Assembly (NCBI GenBank): GCA_963708135.1
Contig: OY970192.1
Span: forward strand, 2,752,001 to 2,816,000
Reading direction: 5' to 3'
Length of the DNA stretch: 64,000 nucleotides
Source: an uncultured Gemmatimonadales bacterium
Lineage (GTDB): Bacteria; Gemmatimonadota; Gemmatimonadetes; Longimicrobiales; RSA9
The notes under the pieces are model-generated. The model saw only the letters and a list, made by a program, of their open reading frames with translations. It did not search any database and was not told the DNA's origin. The number at the start of each line of letters is the position of its first letter. Position 1 is the stretch's first letter. The position numbers were made by a program, and so were the translations under genes. Shown here one piece after another: positions 49,094 to 58,827 of the stretch.

Positions 49094-49765
49094 CTACGCG
49101 ATCTTCTCCACCCGCCTCGCCCATCTGAGCCAGGGATAGCCGCGGATGCGCTCGAGCAGCGCGTCGGAGACCGGGGCATCGGCCTCGATGGTCATGAGGG
49201 CATCCTGGTGGCGGCCGGTCCGATCCACGCGCATGGTGGCGAGGTTGATGCCGGCGTCGGAGAAGGCGCCGGTGATGGCGGCGATGGTGCCGGGCTGGTC
49301 GTGGGCGAGGAGGACGAGGGTGTTGTAGTCGCCGCCGAGGGCGACGGGGAAGCCGTCGACCTCGGTGACCTGGATGCGGCCACCGCCGACGGAGGCGCCA
49401 CGCAGGGCGGCTGACTCGCCGCCGCGCTCGAGCTCGAAGAGCGCTGTGTTGGGGTGGGCCTCGGCGCCGAGGTCGATGCTCTCGAAGCGCCAGTCGAGGC
49501 CGGCGTCCTTCGCCTCGTCGTAGGCGTTGCGGAGCCGGAGGTCGTCGGGCGGGAGGCCGATGAGGCCGCCCACGATCGCGCGGTGCGTGCCGTGCCCCTC
49601 GCCGGTGGCGGCGAAGGAGCCGTGCAGGCGGATGATGGCGCGCTCGGGCGTGCCGCCGAGGATGGCGCGGGCCATGAGCCCGAGCCGGCAGGCGCCGGCG
49701 GTGTGGGAGGAGGACGGCCCGACCATGACGGGCCCGAGGATGTCGAAGAGGTTGACCATGCTCAT
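49094..49765 (-). CDS. sdaAB: L-serine dehydratase, Fe-S dependent, beta subunit
   Basis: [34 protein letters not shown]-terminal ACT domain. Confidence 0.95.
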   Translation of the reverse strand: MSMVNLFDILGPVMVGPSSSHTAGACRLGLMARAILGGTPERAIIRLHGSFAATGEGHGTHRAIVGGLIGLPPDDLRLRNAYDEAKDAGLDWRFESIDLGAEAHPNTALFELERGGESAALRGASVGGGRIQVTEVDGFPVALGGDYNTLVLLAHDQPGTIAAITGAFSDAGINLATMRVDRTGRHQDALMTIEADAPVSDALLERIRGYPWLRWARRVEKIA

Positions 49766-50646
49766 CCGCTGATCCCGGTCGGCTGCCGGGCGGGCTGGAT
49801 CTGGACCAGCTTTCGGGCGGCGGGTGTGGCGGCGAGGCCGCCCTGTGCGGTCTCGCGGTAGGCGACGGGCATCTTGCGGCCGACCTCGCCCATGACGTCG
49901 ATGACCTGGTCGGCGGGGACGGGGAAGTCGAGGCCGGCGAGGGCCATCTCGGCGGCGGCGATCGCCTGCATCGCGGCGGAGGCGTTGCGGTAGATGCAGG
50001 GGATCTCGACGAGGCCGCCGATCGGGTCGCAGATGAGGCCGAGCATGCCCTGGAGCGAGAGGGCGACGGCGGTCGAGACCTGGGCGTCGTCGCCTCCGGC
50101 GAGCCAGCAGACGGCGGCGGCGCCCATGGCGGCGGCGGACCCGGTCTCCGCCTGGCAGCCGCCCTGCGCGCCGGCCAGGGAGGCGCGGTGGGCGATGACG
50201 CCGCCCACGCCTCCGGCGACGAGCATGGCGTCCACGAGGCGCTCATCGTCCTCGCCCAGCACCTCGCCGACGGTGGCGAGGATGGCGGGGAGCACCCCCG
50301 CGGCGCCGGCGGTGGGCGCGGCCACGATGAGGCCCATGGCCGCGTTCACCTCGAGGGTTGCAATGGCGCGGGCGAGGGTGATGGTGACGCGCTCGCCGAG
50401 GAGGCGGGGGCCGTTCTCGAAGAGCCGCTTCGCGCGCCCGCCGGTGAGGCCGGAGGGGGAGCGGACATCGCCGACGAGGCCCTCATCGATGGCGGCGCGC
50501 ATGACCTGGAGGGTGCGGCGCACGCGCTCGCGGATGGCGTCGGCGTCCTGGCCGCTCTCGCGCACCTCCTCCGCCAGGACGACCTCGGGGAGAGAGCGGC
50601 CGCTCGCCCTGGCCTCGCCCAGCAGTGCCTCCATCGACGTATGCAT
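49762..50646 (-). CDS. sdaAA: L-serine dehydratase, Fe-S dependent, alpha subunit
   Basis: EVNAAMG.IVAAPTAG, GGCQAE, GLICDPIGGLVEIPC, RETAQGGLA. Confidence 0.95.
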   Translation of the reverse strand: MHTSMEALLGEARASGRSLPEVVLAEEVRESGQDADAIRERVRRTLQVMRAAIDEGLVGDVRSPSGLTGGRAKRLFENGPRLLGERVTITLARAIATLEVNAAMGLIVAAPTAGAAGVLPAILATVGEVLGEDDERLVDAMLVAGGVGGVIAHRASLAGAQGGCQAETGSAAAMGAAAVCWLAGGDDAQVSTAVALSLQGMLGLICDPIGGLVEIPCIYRNASAAMQAIAAAEMALAGLDFPVPADQVIDVMGEVGRKMPVAYRETAQGGLAATPAARKLVQIQPARQPTGISG

Positions 50647-50665
50647 TCCGGACCTTCCGCGCCCC

Positions 50666-51136
50666 TCAGGCGCCTTCGATCGTGACCGTTTCCATGACCA
50701 CCGGCTCGATGGGACGGTCGTTGGGGCCCGTGGCCACCTGGCCGATCGCCCGCACGACCTGCATGCCGTCCGCCACCTTGCCGAAAACCGCGTGCCGTCC
50801 GTCCAGCCACGGCGTCGCCGCGAGGGTGATGAAGAACTGTGAGCCGCCGGTGTCGGGCCCCGCGTTCGCCATCGACAGCACGCCCTCGGAGTCGTGGCGC
50901 AGCTCGGGGTGGAACTCGTCGGGGATGTTGTAGCCCGGCCCGCCGGTGCCGGTCCCCTTCGGGTCGCCGCCCTGGATCATGAAGCCGGAGATCACACGGT
51001 GGAAGGTGAGCCCGTCGTAGAATCCCTTGCCCGCGAGCTCGACGAAGTTTCCCGTCGTGCGGGGCGCGCGGGCCTCGAAGAGCTCGACCGAGAAGTCGCC
51101 CGCGCTGGTGTGGAATTTCGCCGTCCGGTTGGCCAT
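50666..51136 (-). CDS. Cyclophilin-type peptidyl-prolyl isomerase
   Basis: [52 protein letters not shown]. Confidence 0.97.
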   Translation of the reverse strand: MANRTAKFHTSAGDFSVELFEARAPRTTGNFVELAGKGFYDGLTFHRVISGFMIQGGDPKGTGTGGPGYNIPDEFHPELRHDSEGVLSMANAGPDTGGSQFFITLAATPWLDGRHAVFGKVADGMQVVRAIGQVATGPNDRPIEPVVMETVTIEGA

Positions 51137-51389
51137 GTCGCTCCTCTCGTGCGCGACGGCCGCCCCGCCCGATCCGGCTCGGAAGGGGGTTGCGGCGCCG
51201 CGGTCACAAAGCGCGCCCGCGGCTGCCGCACGGACGCTTGTGGTCGGATGACGAGAATGCTAGGGGGCCGCGTGGCGGACGTCAAACGGCAGGAGTGGGA
51301 GAGGGGGAGAGTGGGAGACGGGCAACTTTCCGGGCGCCGCGGAGCGCCGGGCGGGGAGCGCCGCGCGGGGTGCGCGGCGGCGGGGCGCC

Positions 51390-51770
51390 TCAGCCGGTCG
51401 TCCCGGCCTCCGGCTCCGCCGGCTCCTGGGCAACGGCGTGGATCCGCGGCCGCGACGCGCCGGCGCAGAGGGAGGTGGCCGGCGAGACCACCGCCCTGTC
51501 GAGCACCCGGTTGCGCGGGCACGGCGGCGCCGGGATCTTCGCCGCGGCGGGCGGCTCGGCCGGCGCCGGCGCGGCCGGGGCGGGCGTCCAGCGCATGGCG
51601 GCGGGCGCGGTCTGGAGGGTGGCGGGCACAGCCCGCGCGGCGGCGCGGGCCGGGCCGTGCGCGCGCAGCCCATCGACCGCCAGGCCGACGACGAGCGCCG
51701 TGAGCATCGCGAGCCGGGTGAGCGCCTGCGCGTTGTGCAGGACCATCGAGGAAACCTCATCTCTCGTCAT
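51390..51770 (-). CDS. Small single-TM hypothetical protein A
   Basis: AAGGAGG RBS; TRLAMLTALVVGLAV segment shared with the neighbouring ORF. Confidence 0.45.
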   Translation of the reverse strand: MTRDEVSSMVLHNAQALTRLAMLTALVVGLAVDGLRAHGPARAAARAVPATLQTAPAAMRWTPAPAAPAPAEPPAAAKIPAPPCPRNRVLDRAVVSPATSLCAGASRPRIHAVAQEPAEPEAGTTG

Positions 51771-52142
51771 CTCGCCGCCTCCTTCACATGCCGTCGGCGC
51801 CGACACAGGGCGCCGCCGTCCATCCGTCCATTCCAGTTCCATGCCCGGGAGCGCGTTTTCCACAACGTCAATATTCCCTTGTGGTTACGGCACTCGCTCC
51901 CGATCGGTCGCCCCATCCGGTCCTGCCCGATCCCGGACGCCCGATTCCGGAACCGAACGCCCGCCGCTCCACCCCCGTCACTGCCTTGGATGAGCGCGGG
52001 CGACGGAACGTTGCATCGGGCGCCGCCCGCCGCCGCCCGGCCCCCGCGGCATCGACCTTCGCAGCGGGCCCGAAAAGCGGAGCCGGCGCGGAGCCCGGGG
52101 GCCCCACGCCGGCTCGTCCTGGCGCTTCCGTTCCGGGGCGGC

Positions 52143-52400
52143 TCAGCGCCCCGACGGCTCCGGCGCGGGGTGCGGATCGGCGCGCAGCACGGCGTGCTGC
52201 GACGTCGTGCGCGGGCGCGTGCTCGAAACCGTCTCGACGCTGGTGTCCGCCCCGGCGTGCGCCTGCGCCCCCGCCGCGGGGCGGTGGGACAGCGCCGCGC
52301 TGACGCCGAGCCCGACCACGAGCGCGGCGAGCAGCCCGAGTCGGGTCGCGGTCGCGGCCCTGCTGGCCACCGGGTGTGCCATCGTGCTCGTCCGAGTCAT
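52143..52400 (-). CDS. Small single-TM hypothetical protein B
   Basis: GAGGGG RBS; TRLGLLAALVVGLGV segment. Confidence 0.45.
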   Translation of the reverse strand: MTRTSTMAHPVASRAATATRLGLLAALVVGLGVSAALSHRPAAGAQAHAGADTSVETVSSTRPRTTSQHAVLRADPHPAPEPSGR

Positions 52401-52687
52401 ATGAGAACCCCTCTGCACTGGGGATCGTGGTCCCTTTTCCGGGCGGCCCCCATCGGACCGCCCCGCTGGACAACCATACGGGGATGGTGCCACAGGAGTT
52501 TCAGGGCGCGGCCGTCCGCGCCGGCGCGGACGCCCCCTTGTTCCGCGTTCGGGCGGGCGGCATCTTCGAGTCGCTCCCAACGGGAATCCCAGATGAATCC
52601 ATCCAGGCACCGCCCGGAGCTGAAGCGGCGTCGCGCCGGCGCGGTCGCCGCGCCGCTGGCCGCATCGTGCGGGAAGGCGACGTCGCA

Positions 52688-54445
52688 ATGAGTGGTTCCG
52701 GCTCCGTGCTCGACCGCCTGTTCCATGAGATCCACCGCCGCCGGCTGCTGCAGGCGGCGGGCGCGTACGCCATCGTGTGCTGGTTCCTGGTGCAGACGGC
52801 GGCCGCGGCGCTGCCGATCCTGGGCGCGCCGGACTGGGCCGCGCGGGCGATGCTGGCGCTGGTGCTCCTCGGGCTGCCGGTGGTGCTGGGCGTGGCATGG
52901 CTGGTGGCGGGCGGGGAGCCGGATGAGGGGCCGGAGCGGAGGCGGCCGGGATGGAGCATCGCGGTCACGGGATCGCTCCTCGTGCTGCTCGTGCTCGGCG
53001 CCGGAGCGCGGATCTTCCGCGCGCGAGCGGATCTCGCGACGCGCGAGCGGGAGGCGCTCACCCGCGGCGCGGCGGCGCCTCCGTCGCCACGCACGATCGC
53101 CGTGCTGCCGCTCGAGACGCTGAGCCCCGACCGGCGAGATGCCTACTTCAGCGACGGCATCACGGTCGAGATCATGAACGCGGTGGCGCAGGTGCCGGGG
53201 CTGACGCTCGTGGCGCGCAGCTCGGCGTTCGCGTTCCGCGGGCGCACGGACGACCTGCGCGACGTGCGCACCAAGCTCGGCGCCGGCAGCGTGCTCGAGG
53301 GGAGCGTGCGGCGCGCCGGGCAGCGCGTACGGATCGACCTGGCGCTGGTCGACACCGGCACCGGCAGGGAGATCTGGCGGCAGAGCTACGATCAGGGGCT
53401 GGGCGACATCTTCGCGCTGGAGGATGAGATCGCGCACGACGTGGCGACGGCGCTGGAGGTCAAGCTCACGGGCGCGCCGCCCCGCGCCGCCACCGCGAAC
53501 GTGCCCGCGCACGACCTCTACCTGCTCGGGCTCTACCACTGGAACCGGCGCACGGGGCCGGAGATCCGGCAGGCGATCGACTACTTCAAGCGCGCGGCGC
53601 AAGCCGACCCGTCCTTCGCGCGCGCTTACGCTGGCCTCGCCTCGGCGTACGTGCTGCTCCCGCTCTACGCCGATGTGCCGGGCGAGGAGGCGTACCCCCG
53701 CGCCCGCGCCGCGGCCGAACAGGCGCTCGCCCTCGACAGCACGCTGGCCGAGGCGCATACCGCGCTGGCCAGCGTTCGCATGATCTACGGCTGGGATTGG
53801 AAGGGCGCCGACGAGGAGTTCCGCCGCGCGATCGCGCTCGATCCCTCCTACGCCACCGCGCACGAGTGGCGCGCGCAGCTGCTGGATGAGCTTGGGCGTC
53901 CCGATTCCGCCGCAGCGGAATACGAGCGCGCGCGAACGGCGGACCCGATGTCCGCGATCATCATGGTGGCCGCCGCGCTGCACGAAGCGCTCGTCGGCCG
54001 GCCGCGGGCCGCGGCCGCGGGCTACCGCCAGGCACTCGAGCGCGAGCCGGGGCTGCCGCTCGCCCTGGGGTTCCTGGCCCAGGCGGAAGCGCTCGCGGGC
54101 CGGCCCGACAGCGCGCGGGCGGCGCAGCGGCGTTGGGCCGCCGCGGTGCAGGTCGACCCCGCCCAGGCGGAGTCGCTCGTGCGCGGACTGTCCGACCCCA
54201 GCGCGCGAGCCGCCGGGCTCGCGGCGCTCTCCGACACCGCCCTGCAGCGGACGCTCAAGCCGTATCAGCTGGCCACCTGGGCCGCGATGCTCGGGGACTC
54301 GGCGGTGGCACTCGACTGGCTCGAGCGTGCGGCGGCCAACCACGATTACCTTCTCTTCGCGGTGAGGGAGGATCCTCTCCTGCGCCCGCTCCACGGCACG
54401 CCGCGCTTCGACGCCCTGCTCGCGCGCCTCGACCTCCCAAGATGA
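52688..54445 (+). CDS. Membrane-anchored TolB-N-like + TPR protein
   Basis: N-terminal TMs, IAVLPL.......YFSDGIT, VARSSAFAFRG, VLEGSVRRAG.RVRI, TPR repeats. Confidence 0.85.
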   Translation: MSGSGSVLDRLFHEIHRRRLLQAAGAYAIVCWFLVQTAAAALPILGAPDWAARAMLALVLLGLPVVLGVAWLVAGGEPDEGPERRRPGWSIAVTGSLLVLLVLGAGARIFRARADLATREREALTRGAAAPPSPRTIAVLPLETLSPDRRDAYFSDGITVEIMNAVAQVPGLTLVARSSAFAFRGRTDDLRDVRTKLGAGSVLEGSVRRAGQRVRIDLALVDTGTGREIWRQSYDQGLGDIFALEDEIAHDVATALEVKLTGAPPRAATANVPAHDLYLLGLYHWNRRTGPEIRQAIDYFKRAAQADPSFARAYAGLASAYVLLPLYADVPGEEAYPRARAAAEQALALDSTLAEAHTALASVRMIYGWDWKGADEEFRRAIALDPSYATAHEWRAQLLDELGRPDSAAAEYERARTADPMSAIIMVAAALHEALVGRPRAAAAGYRQALEREPGLPLALGFLAQAEALAGRPDSARAAQRRWAAAVQVDPAQAESLVRGLSDPSARAAGLAALSDTALQRTLKPYQLATWAAMLGDSAVALDWLERAAANHDYLLFAVREDPLLRPLHGTPRFDALLARLDLPR

Positions 54446-54540
54446 GGCCGCGGCCGCGAGGCACCTCCGCGCCCGAGGCGGCGGCGCGGACCGGGCGGCG
54501 CACGCCGCCCGCACCCACTCTCGAACCCGGAGGACCGAAC

Positions 54541-55053
54541 ATGCGACGCCCACCCCTGATCCTCGCCACCGCCGTCCTCCTCGCCGCGGGCTGCGGGCCG
54601 CAAGCCGGGCAGCAGGCCGGGAGCCCGGCCGACAGCGCCTCCGCGGCGAACCCCGGGGCGATCGCGGACTCGATCCGCTCGCTCGACCAGCAGTGGTCGG
54701 ACGCCGCTGGCCGGCACGATGCGCAGGCGTTCGCGGCGTTCTACGCCTCGGACGGGATGATCATGCCGCCCAACATGGAGGCCGCCTCCGGCAGCGACGC
54801 CATCCAGAAGCTGATGGGAGGGATGCTCGCGGACACTTCGATGACGCTGTCGTTCCAGCCGGCCGACGTGAACGTCGCGAAGGCCGGCGACATGGCGTGG
54901 GAGCACGGCACGTGGGCCTTCAAGGGCGGGTCCGGCCAGCAGCTGGACCACGGCAAGTACGTCGTGGTCTGGAAGCGCGGCGCCGACGGGTCGTGGAAGG
55001 CGGCCGCGGACATCTTCAACTCCAACGTGCAGGCGCGGGCGGCGAAGAAGTAG
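54541..55053 (+). CDS. NTF2-like (DUF4440/YybH) lipoprotein
   Basis: AAGC lipobox, GDMAWEHG, DHGKYVVVWKR..DGSWK...DIFNS; GGAGG RBS. Confidence 0.85.
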   Translation: MRRPPLILATAVLLAAGCGPQAGQQAGSPADSASAANPGAIADSIRSLDQQWSDAAGRHDAQAFAAFYASDGMIMPPNMEAASGSDAIQKLMGGMLADTSMTLSFQPADVNVAKAGDMAWEHGTWAFKGGSGQQLDHGKYVVVWKRGADGSWKAAADIFNSNVQARAAKK

Positions 55054-55325
55054 TCCTTCGGCGTCACGACGCGCGGGAGGGCGCCGGCGGCCTGCGCTCG
55101 CCGGCGCCCTCTGCGCGAGAGTGGGAGAGTGGGCGCCGGGCGCGGTGCCGGAACTCACCGCGCCAGGAAGGCATGCGCGGCGCCTCAGGCGCTACGAGCC
55201 GGGCGAGCATGCGCGGCGCCGGAATGGTCTCCGCGCCTGGCCAGGTCACGGGCCGCCGGCGCTAGCCGCATCCCCCACTCTCCCACTCCCCCACTCTCGA
55301 ACACCGGCGGGAAGAGCCGCCGGAA

Positions 55326-58300
55326 CTACCGGATCCCCGCCGCCGTGTTCGGCTCCGGTTCGTGCCACAGCAGCGCGGGCAGCTTCCGCTGCCGCGGCCA
55401 GACCTCGTCCAGCGTGTCGCCGTCGTAGAGGCGGCCGTTCTTCATGACGTAGTGGATCGAGTCGGTGTTGTGGATGTCGTCGAGCGGGTTCTTGTCGAGC
55501 ACGAGCAGGTCGGCCAGCTTGCCGGGCTCGAGGGAGCCGACGTCGCGGTCGAGGCCGATCGCCCACGCGCCCGACATGGTCGCGCTGCGGAGCACCTGCA
55601 TCGGCGTCATCCCGCCCGTCGCCATCATCCACATCTCCCAGTGCATGCCGAGCCCCTGGAGCTGGCCGTGGCTGCCGGTGCCGACCCTGCCGCCGGCGTC
55701 CACCACGTCCTTCGCGAACTTCGCGTGCATCGGGAAGACGTACTCGTCCTTCATGAACCAGCCGCCGGGCCCGGGCGAGCCGCCGCTGCCGGAGCCGCGC
55801 CGCCGGGTCTTGGCATCAATGTCCTCGTGCGGCGTGAAGTGGCGCAGCTTGGCGTTGTCGTGCACGTCCGTGTTGGTGTAGAAGTAGTTCTCGCCGAAGG
55901 GCCCGCCGTAGGAGACGATGAGCGTGGGCGAGTTGACCGTGCCCGACTGCGCGAGCAGCTGCACCGCGTCCTTGTACTTCGGCTCGATCGGCAACGCGTG
56001 CTCGACGCCGGCGTAGCCGTCCATGATGTGGGTCATGTCGAGCTTGTAGTCGAGGCCGCCCTCGGTGGTCGGGGACAGGCCCAGCTCCCTGGCGGCCATG
56101 ATCACCCACTGGCGCTGCTCGCGGTTGCCGGTCATGTACATCTTGAGCGTCTTCGTATCGTAGTACTTCGCATAGCGCTCGAGCACGTGCTTCGCGTCGT
56201 CGAGACTCGAGATCATCTCGGACTGGAACACGCCGGGGCCGGTCGAGTAGATGCGCGGGCCGATCATCTCGCCGTCCGCCACCTTGTCCTCGTAGGTGAG
56301 CACGTCCGTCGTGGCCGTCTGCGGGTCGCGCGTCGTCGTGGTGCCGTAGGCCAGCTCGGCCAGGTACTGCCACGCCTGCGAGCTGTGGATCTCCGGGATC
56401 AGCCACTGCGGGTGGTAGTGCGTGTCGACGAAGCCGGGGATGATCGTCTTGCCGGCGACGTCGATGACCTTCGCGCTGGCCGGGACGGTGACCGAGCCGC
56501 GCGCTCCGATGGCCTCGATCCGGTTGTCACGGATCACGATGTCGGCGTCGTCGATCACCTCATCACCCTTCATTGTGATCACGCGCGCCCCGCGCAGCAC
56601 CGCCACGCCGCTCGGGATGTCGCGCTGCACCGTGACCCTGATCTCGTGCGACGCCGGCTCGTAGCGCGGCGGCTTCTTCTTCGCGCCCGCGCTGTCCTGG
56701 CTCGGGCCCGCCGGCGCGGCCGCGGCGGCGGCCTTCACGCTGTCATCGAACGCCTTGGCGCGGTCCAGGTCATAGACGAAGTGGGTGTTGCCGATCGACC
56801 AGTGCGCGGTCCGCCCATCCGTGCCCCAGGCCGGGAACTCGCCGCCCACCACGGAGAGCTGCCTGGCGGGGAAGGCGGCCTTCGAGGCGTCGGCGAGCGA
56901 GATCGTCGGCGTCTCGCCGCCGATCATCGGCACCGTGATCGAGTACAGCTCGTGGTCGAGCAGCACCAGCGCCTGGTCGCCCTTCGGCGCCAGGATCACC
57001 TCGTCCGCCAGCATCGGCTGCTTCGAGCCCGGCACCGTCTTCCCCGTCACCTTCACTATCCCGCGCTCGTCCGTGCCGTCCCAGCGGAAGGAGACCAGCC
57101 CGTCGCGGGGAGAGTAGGCGTAGATGCGGTCCGGGTCGCTCGTGAAGTGAGGGTCCCCGCGCCCCGCCGCGGGCGCGATCACGCTCACCTCGCCCCCCGC
57201 GGCCGGCACCCAGATGAAGCTGGCGCCGAGTCCGCCGCGGAAGGAGCCGATCGCGTCGTGCAACTCGCGCGCGGCGACGCGCACGCCCACGATCCGCCGG
57301 CCGTCCGGCGACCAGGCGATCTCGCGGTACAGCGCGCCCTCGGGGGTCAGCTTCTGCGGCGTGCCGCCGCCCGCCGCCACCTTCCAGATGTAGCCCGCAT
57401 CGCGGTCGGACCACGAGACGTAGGCGATCTGCCTGCCGTCGGGCGACCACGCCGGCTGCGCCTCGACCACGCCGGTCCCCGTGCTCGTGAGGCGGCGGGG
57501 CGTGCCGTCCGGGTAGTCCATGACGTAGAGCTTGTCCATGGACGCGAACGCCAGCCGCTTGCCGTCGGGCGAGGGGACGGCGTCGCGGATCTGATGGGCG
57601 GTGAACGTGGGCGCCGTGTCGACCCGGTACTCGAAGTGGGAAAGCGGGCCCATCGCCACGGCCACGTCCGCCGTGAACGGGATCTTCACGGGCGCGTTGC
57701 CGTCCACCGGGATCTTCCACAGCTCGCCGCCGTAGGACGCCACCACGAACTTGCCGTCGGGCGTGAAGCTCATGCCGGGCAGCACGTCGAGCGGCGCCAC
57801 GGACTCCTGGTCATCGCGCTGGACGGGGTAGGCGAGCCAGCTCTCCTTCCCCGTCTCCTGGTCGCGCAGGATGAGACCGGTCTTCGCGTCCAGCCGCGTG
57901 CCGTAGACCATCCACCGGCCGTCCGGCGAGAGGGTGGGCCGGAGCGCCGAGCCGACCCGGTCCGTCATCACCGTCCGCTTCCCCGTGCGCCGGTCGTAGA
58001 CCGCGATCTCGTATTGCGGGTAGATCGCGTTGTACGCCCAGTCCCCCTCCCGCTCCGCGAACCAGATGTAGCGCGGGTCGCTGCCGAACGCCGCGCCCAG
58101 CGTCTTCAGGTTGTCCGGCTCCTTGATCAGCTGCGCGCCCGCGCCGCCATCCCTGTGGAACATCCAGAGCTGCGCGATGCGTGTGCCCTTCGAGGCGACG
58201 ATGTACTCACCGTCCGGCGTCCACTCCGGCGACACGTAGTCGAAATCCTTCCCGTGCGTCACCTGGACCGTGTCCTTCCCGTCCAGCGACATCGTCCAGA

Positions 58301-58682
58301 TGTTGTTGCCGCCGTCCCGGTCGGAGACGAACACGAGCGTCCTGCCATCGGGGCTGAAGCGCGGCTGCGCGTCGTAGGGCAGACCGCTCGTCAGCCGCGT
58401 CGCCTTGCCGCCCGCGATCGGCACCGTATAGAGGTCGCCAAGCAGGTCGAACACCACCGTCTGCCCGTCCGGCGAGACGTCCACCGACATCCACGTGCCC
58501 TGGTCCGTCGTGAAGGAGATGGTGCGCGCCGCCTCGAGCGGCAGCCCCTTCTTCTCCTTTTTCGCCGTGTCCTGCGCAGCCTTCTCCGCGCCGCCCTGCT
58601 GCCACGCCGCGACCGGCACGGGCGCCGCCAGGGCGAGGAGCAGGGCGAGCACCGGCAGGGCCGGGCGTTGAATCACGCGCAT
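55326..58682 (-). CDS. PD40/TolB beta-propeller + amidohydrolase family protein
   Basis: GTWMSVDVSPDG, repeated P.F/WSPDG, PGFVDTHYH, GSHGQLQG...HWE, GSLEPGKLADL. Confidence 0.92.
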   Translation of the reverse strand: MRVIQRPALPVLALLLALAAPVPVAAWQQGGAEKAAQDTAKKEKKGLPLEAARTISFTTDQGTWMSVDVSPDGQTVVFDLLGDLYTVPIAGGKATRLTSGLPYDAQPRFSPDGRTLVFVSDRDGGNNIWTMSLDGKDTVQVTHGKDFDYVSPEWTPDGEYIVASKGTRIAQLWMFHRDGGAGAQLIKEPDNLKTLGAAFGSDPRYIWFAEREGDWAYNAIYPQYEIAVYDRRTGKRTVMTDRVGSALRPTLSPDGRWMVYGTRLDAKTGLILRDQETGKESWLAYPVQRDDQESVAPLDVLPGMSFTPDGKFVVASYGGELWKIPVDGNAPVKIPFTADVAVAMGPLSHFEYRVDTAPTFTAHQIRDAVPSPDGKRLAFASMDKLYVMDYPDGTPRRLTSTGTGVVEAQPAWSPDGRQIAYVSWSDRDAGYIWKVAAGGGTPQKLTPEGALYREIAWSPDGRRIVGVRVAARELHDAIGSFRGGLGASFIWVPAAGGEVSVIAPAAGRGDPHFTSDPDRIYAYSPRDGLVSFRWDGTDERGIVKVTGKTVPGSKQPMLADEVILAPKGDQALVLLDHELYSITVPMIGGETPTISLADASKAAFPARQLSVVGGEFPAWGTDGRTAHWSIGNTHFVYDLDRAKAFDDSVKAAAAAAPAGPSQDSAGAKKKPPRYEPASHEIRVTVQRDIPSGVAVLRGARVITMKGDEVIDDADIVIRDNRIEAIGARGSVTVPASAKVIDVAGKTIIPGFVDTHYHPQWLIPEIHSSQAWQYLAELAYGTTTTRDPQTATTDVLTYEDKVADGEMIGPRIYSTGPGVFQSEMISSLDDAKHVLERYAKYYDTKTLKMYMTGNREQRQWVIMAARELGLSPTTEGGLDYKLDMTHIMDGYAGVEHALPIEPKYKDAVQLLAQSGTVNSPTLIVSYGGPFGENYFYTNTDVHDNAKLRHFTPHEDIDAKTRRRGSGSGGSPGPGGWFMKDEYVFPMHAKFAKDVVDAGGRVGTGSHGQLQGLGMHWEMWMMATGGMTPMQVLRSATMSGAWAIGLDRDVGSLEPGKLADLLVLDKNPLDDIHNTDSIHYVMKNGRLYDGDTLDEVWPRQRKLPALLWHEPEPNTAAGIR

Positions 58683-58827
58683 GGGTCTCTCCGGGTTGGG
58701 GAAGCGCCGGACCGCGGCGGCGCGGCGCGGCGACGGGGCGCCGCGCACAGGGGATCGTGTTCGGAATGTCGGGTCGGGAAGCCCCAAATTGAGCGGAGCC
58801 GTCCGGCTTGGCAACCATGTCGACGGC

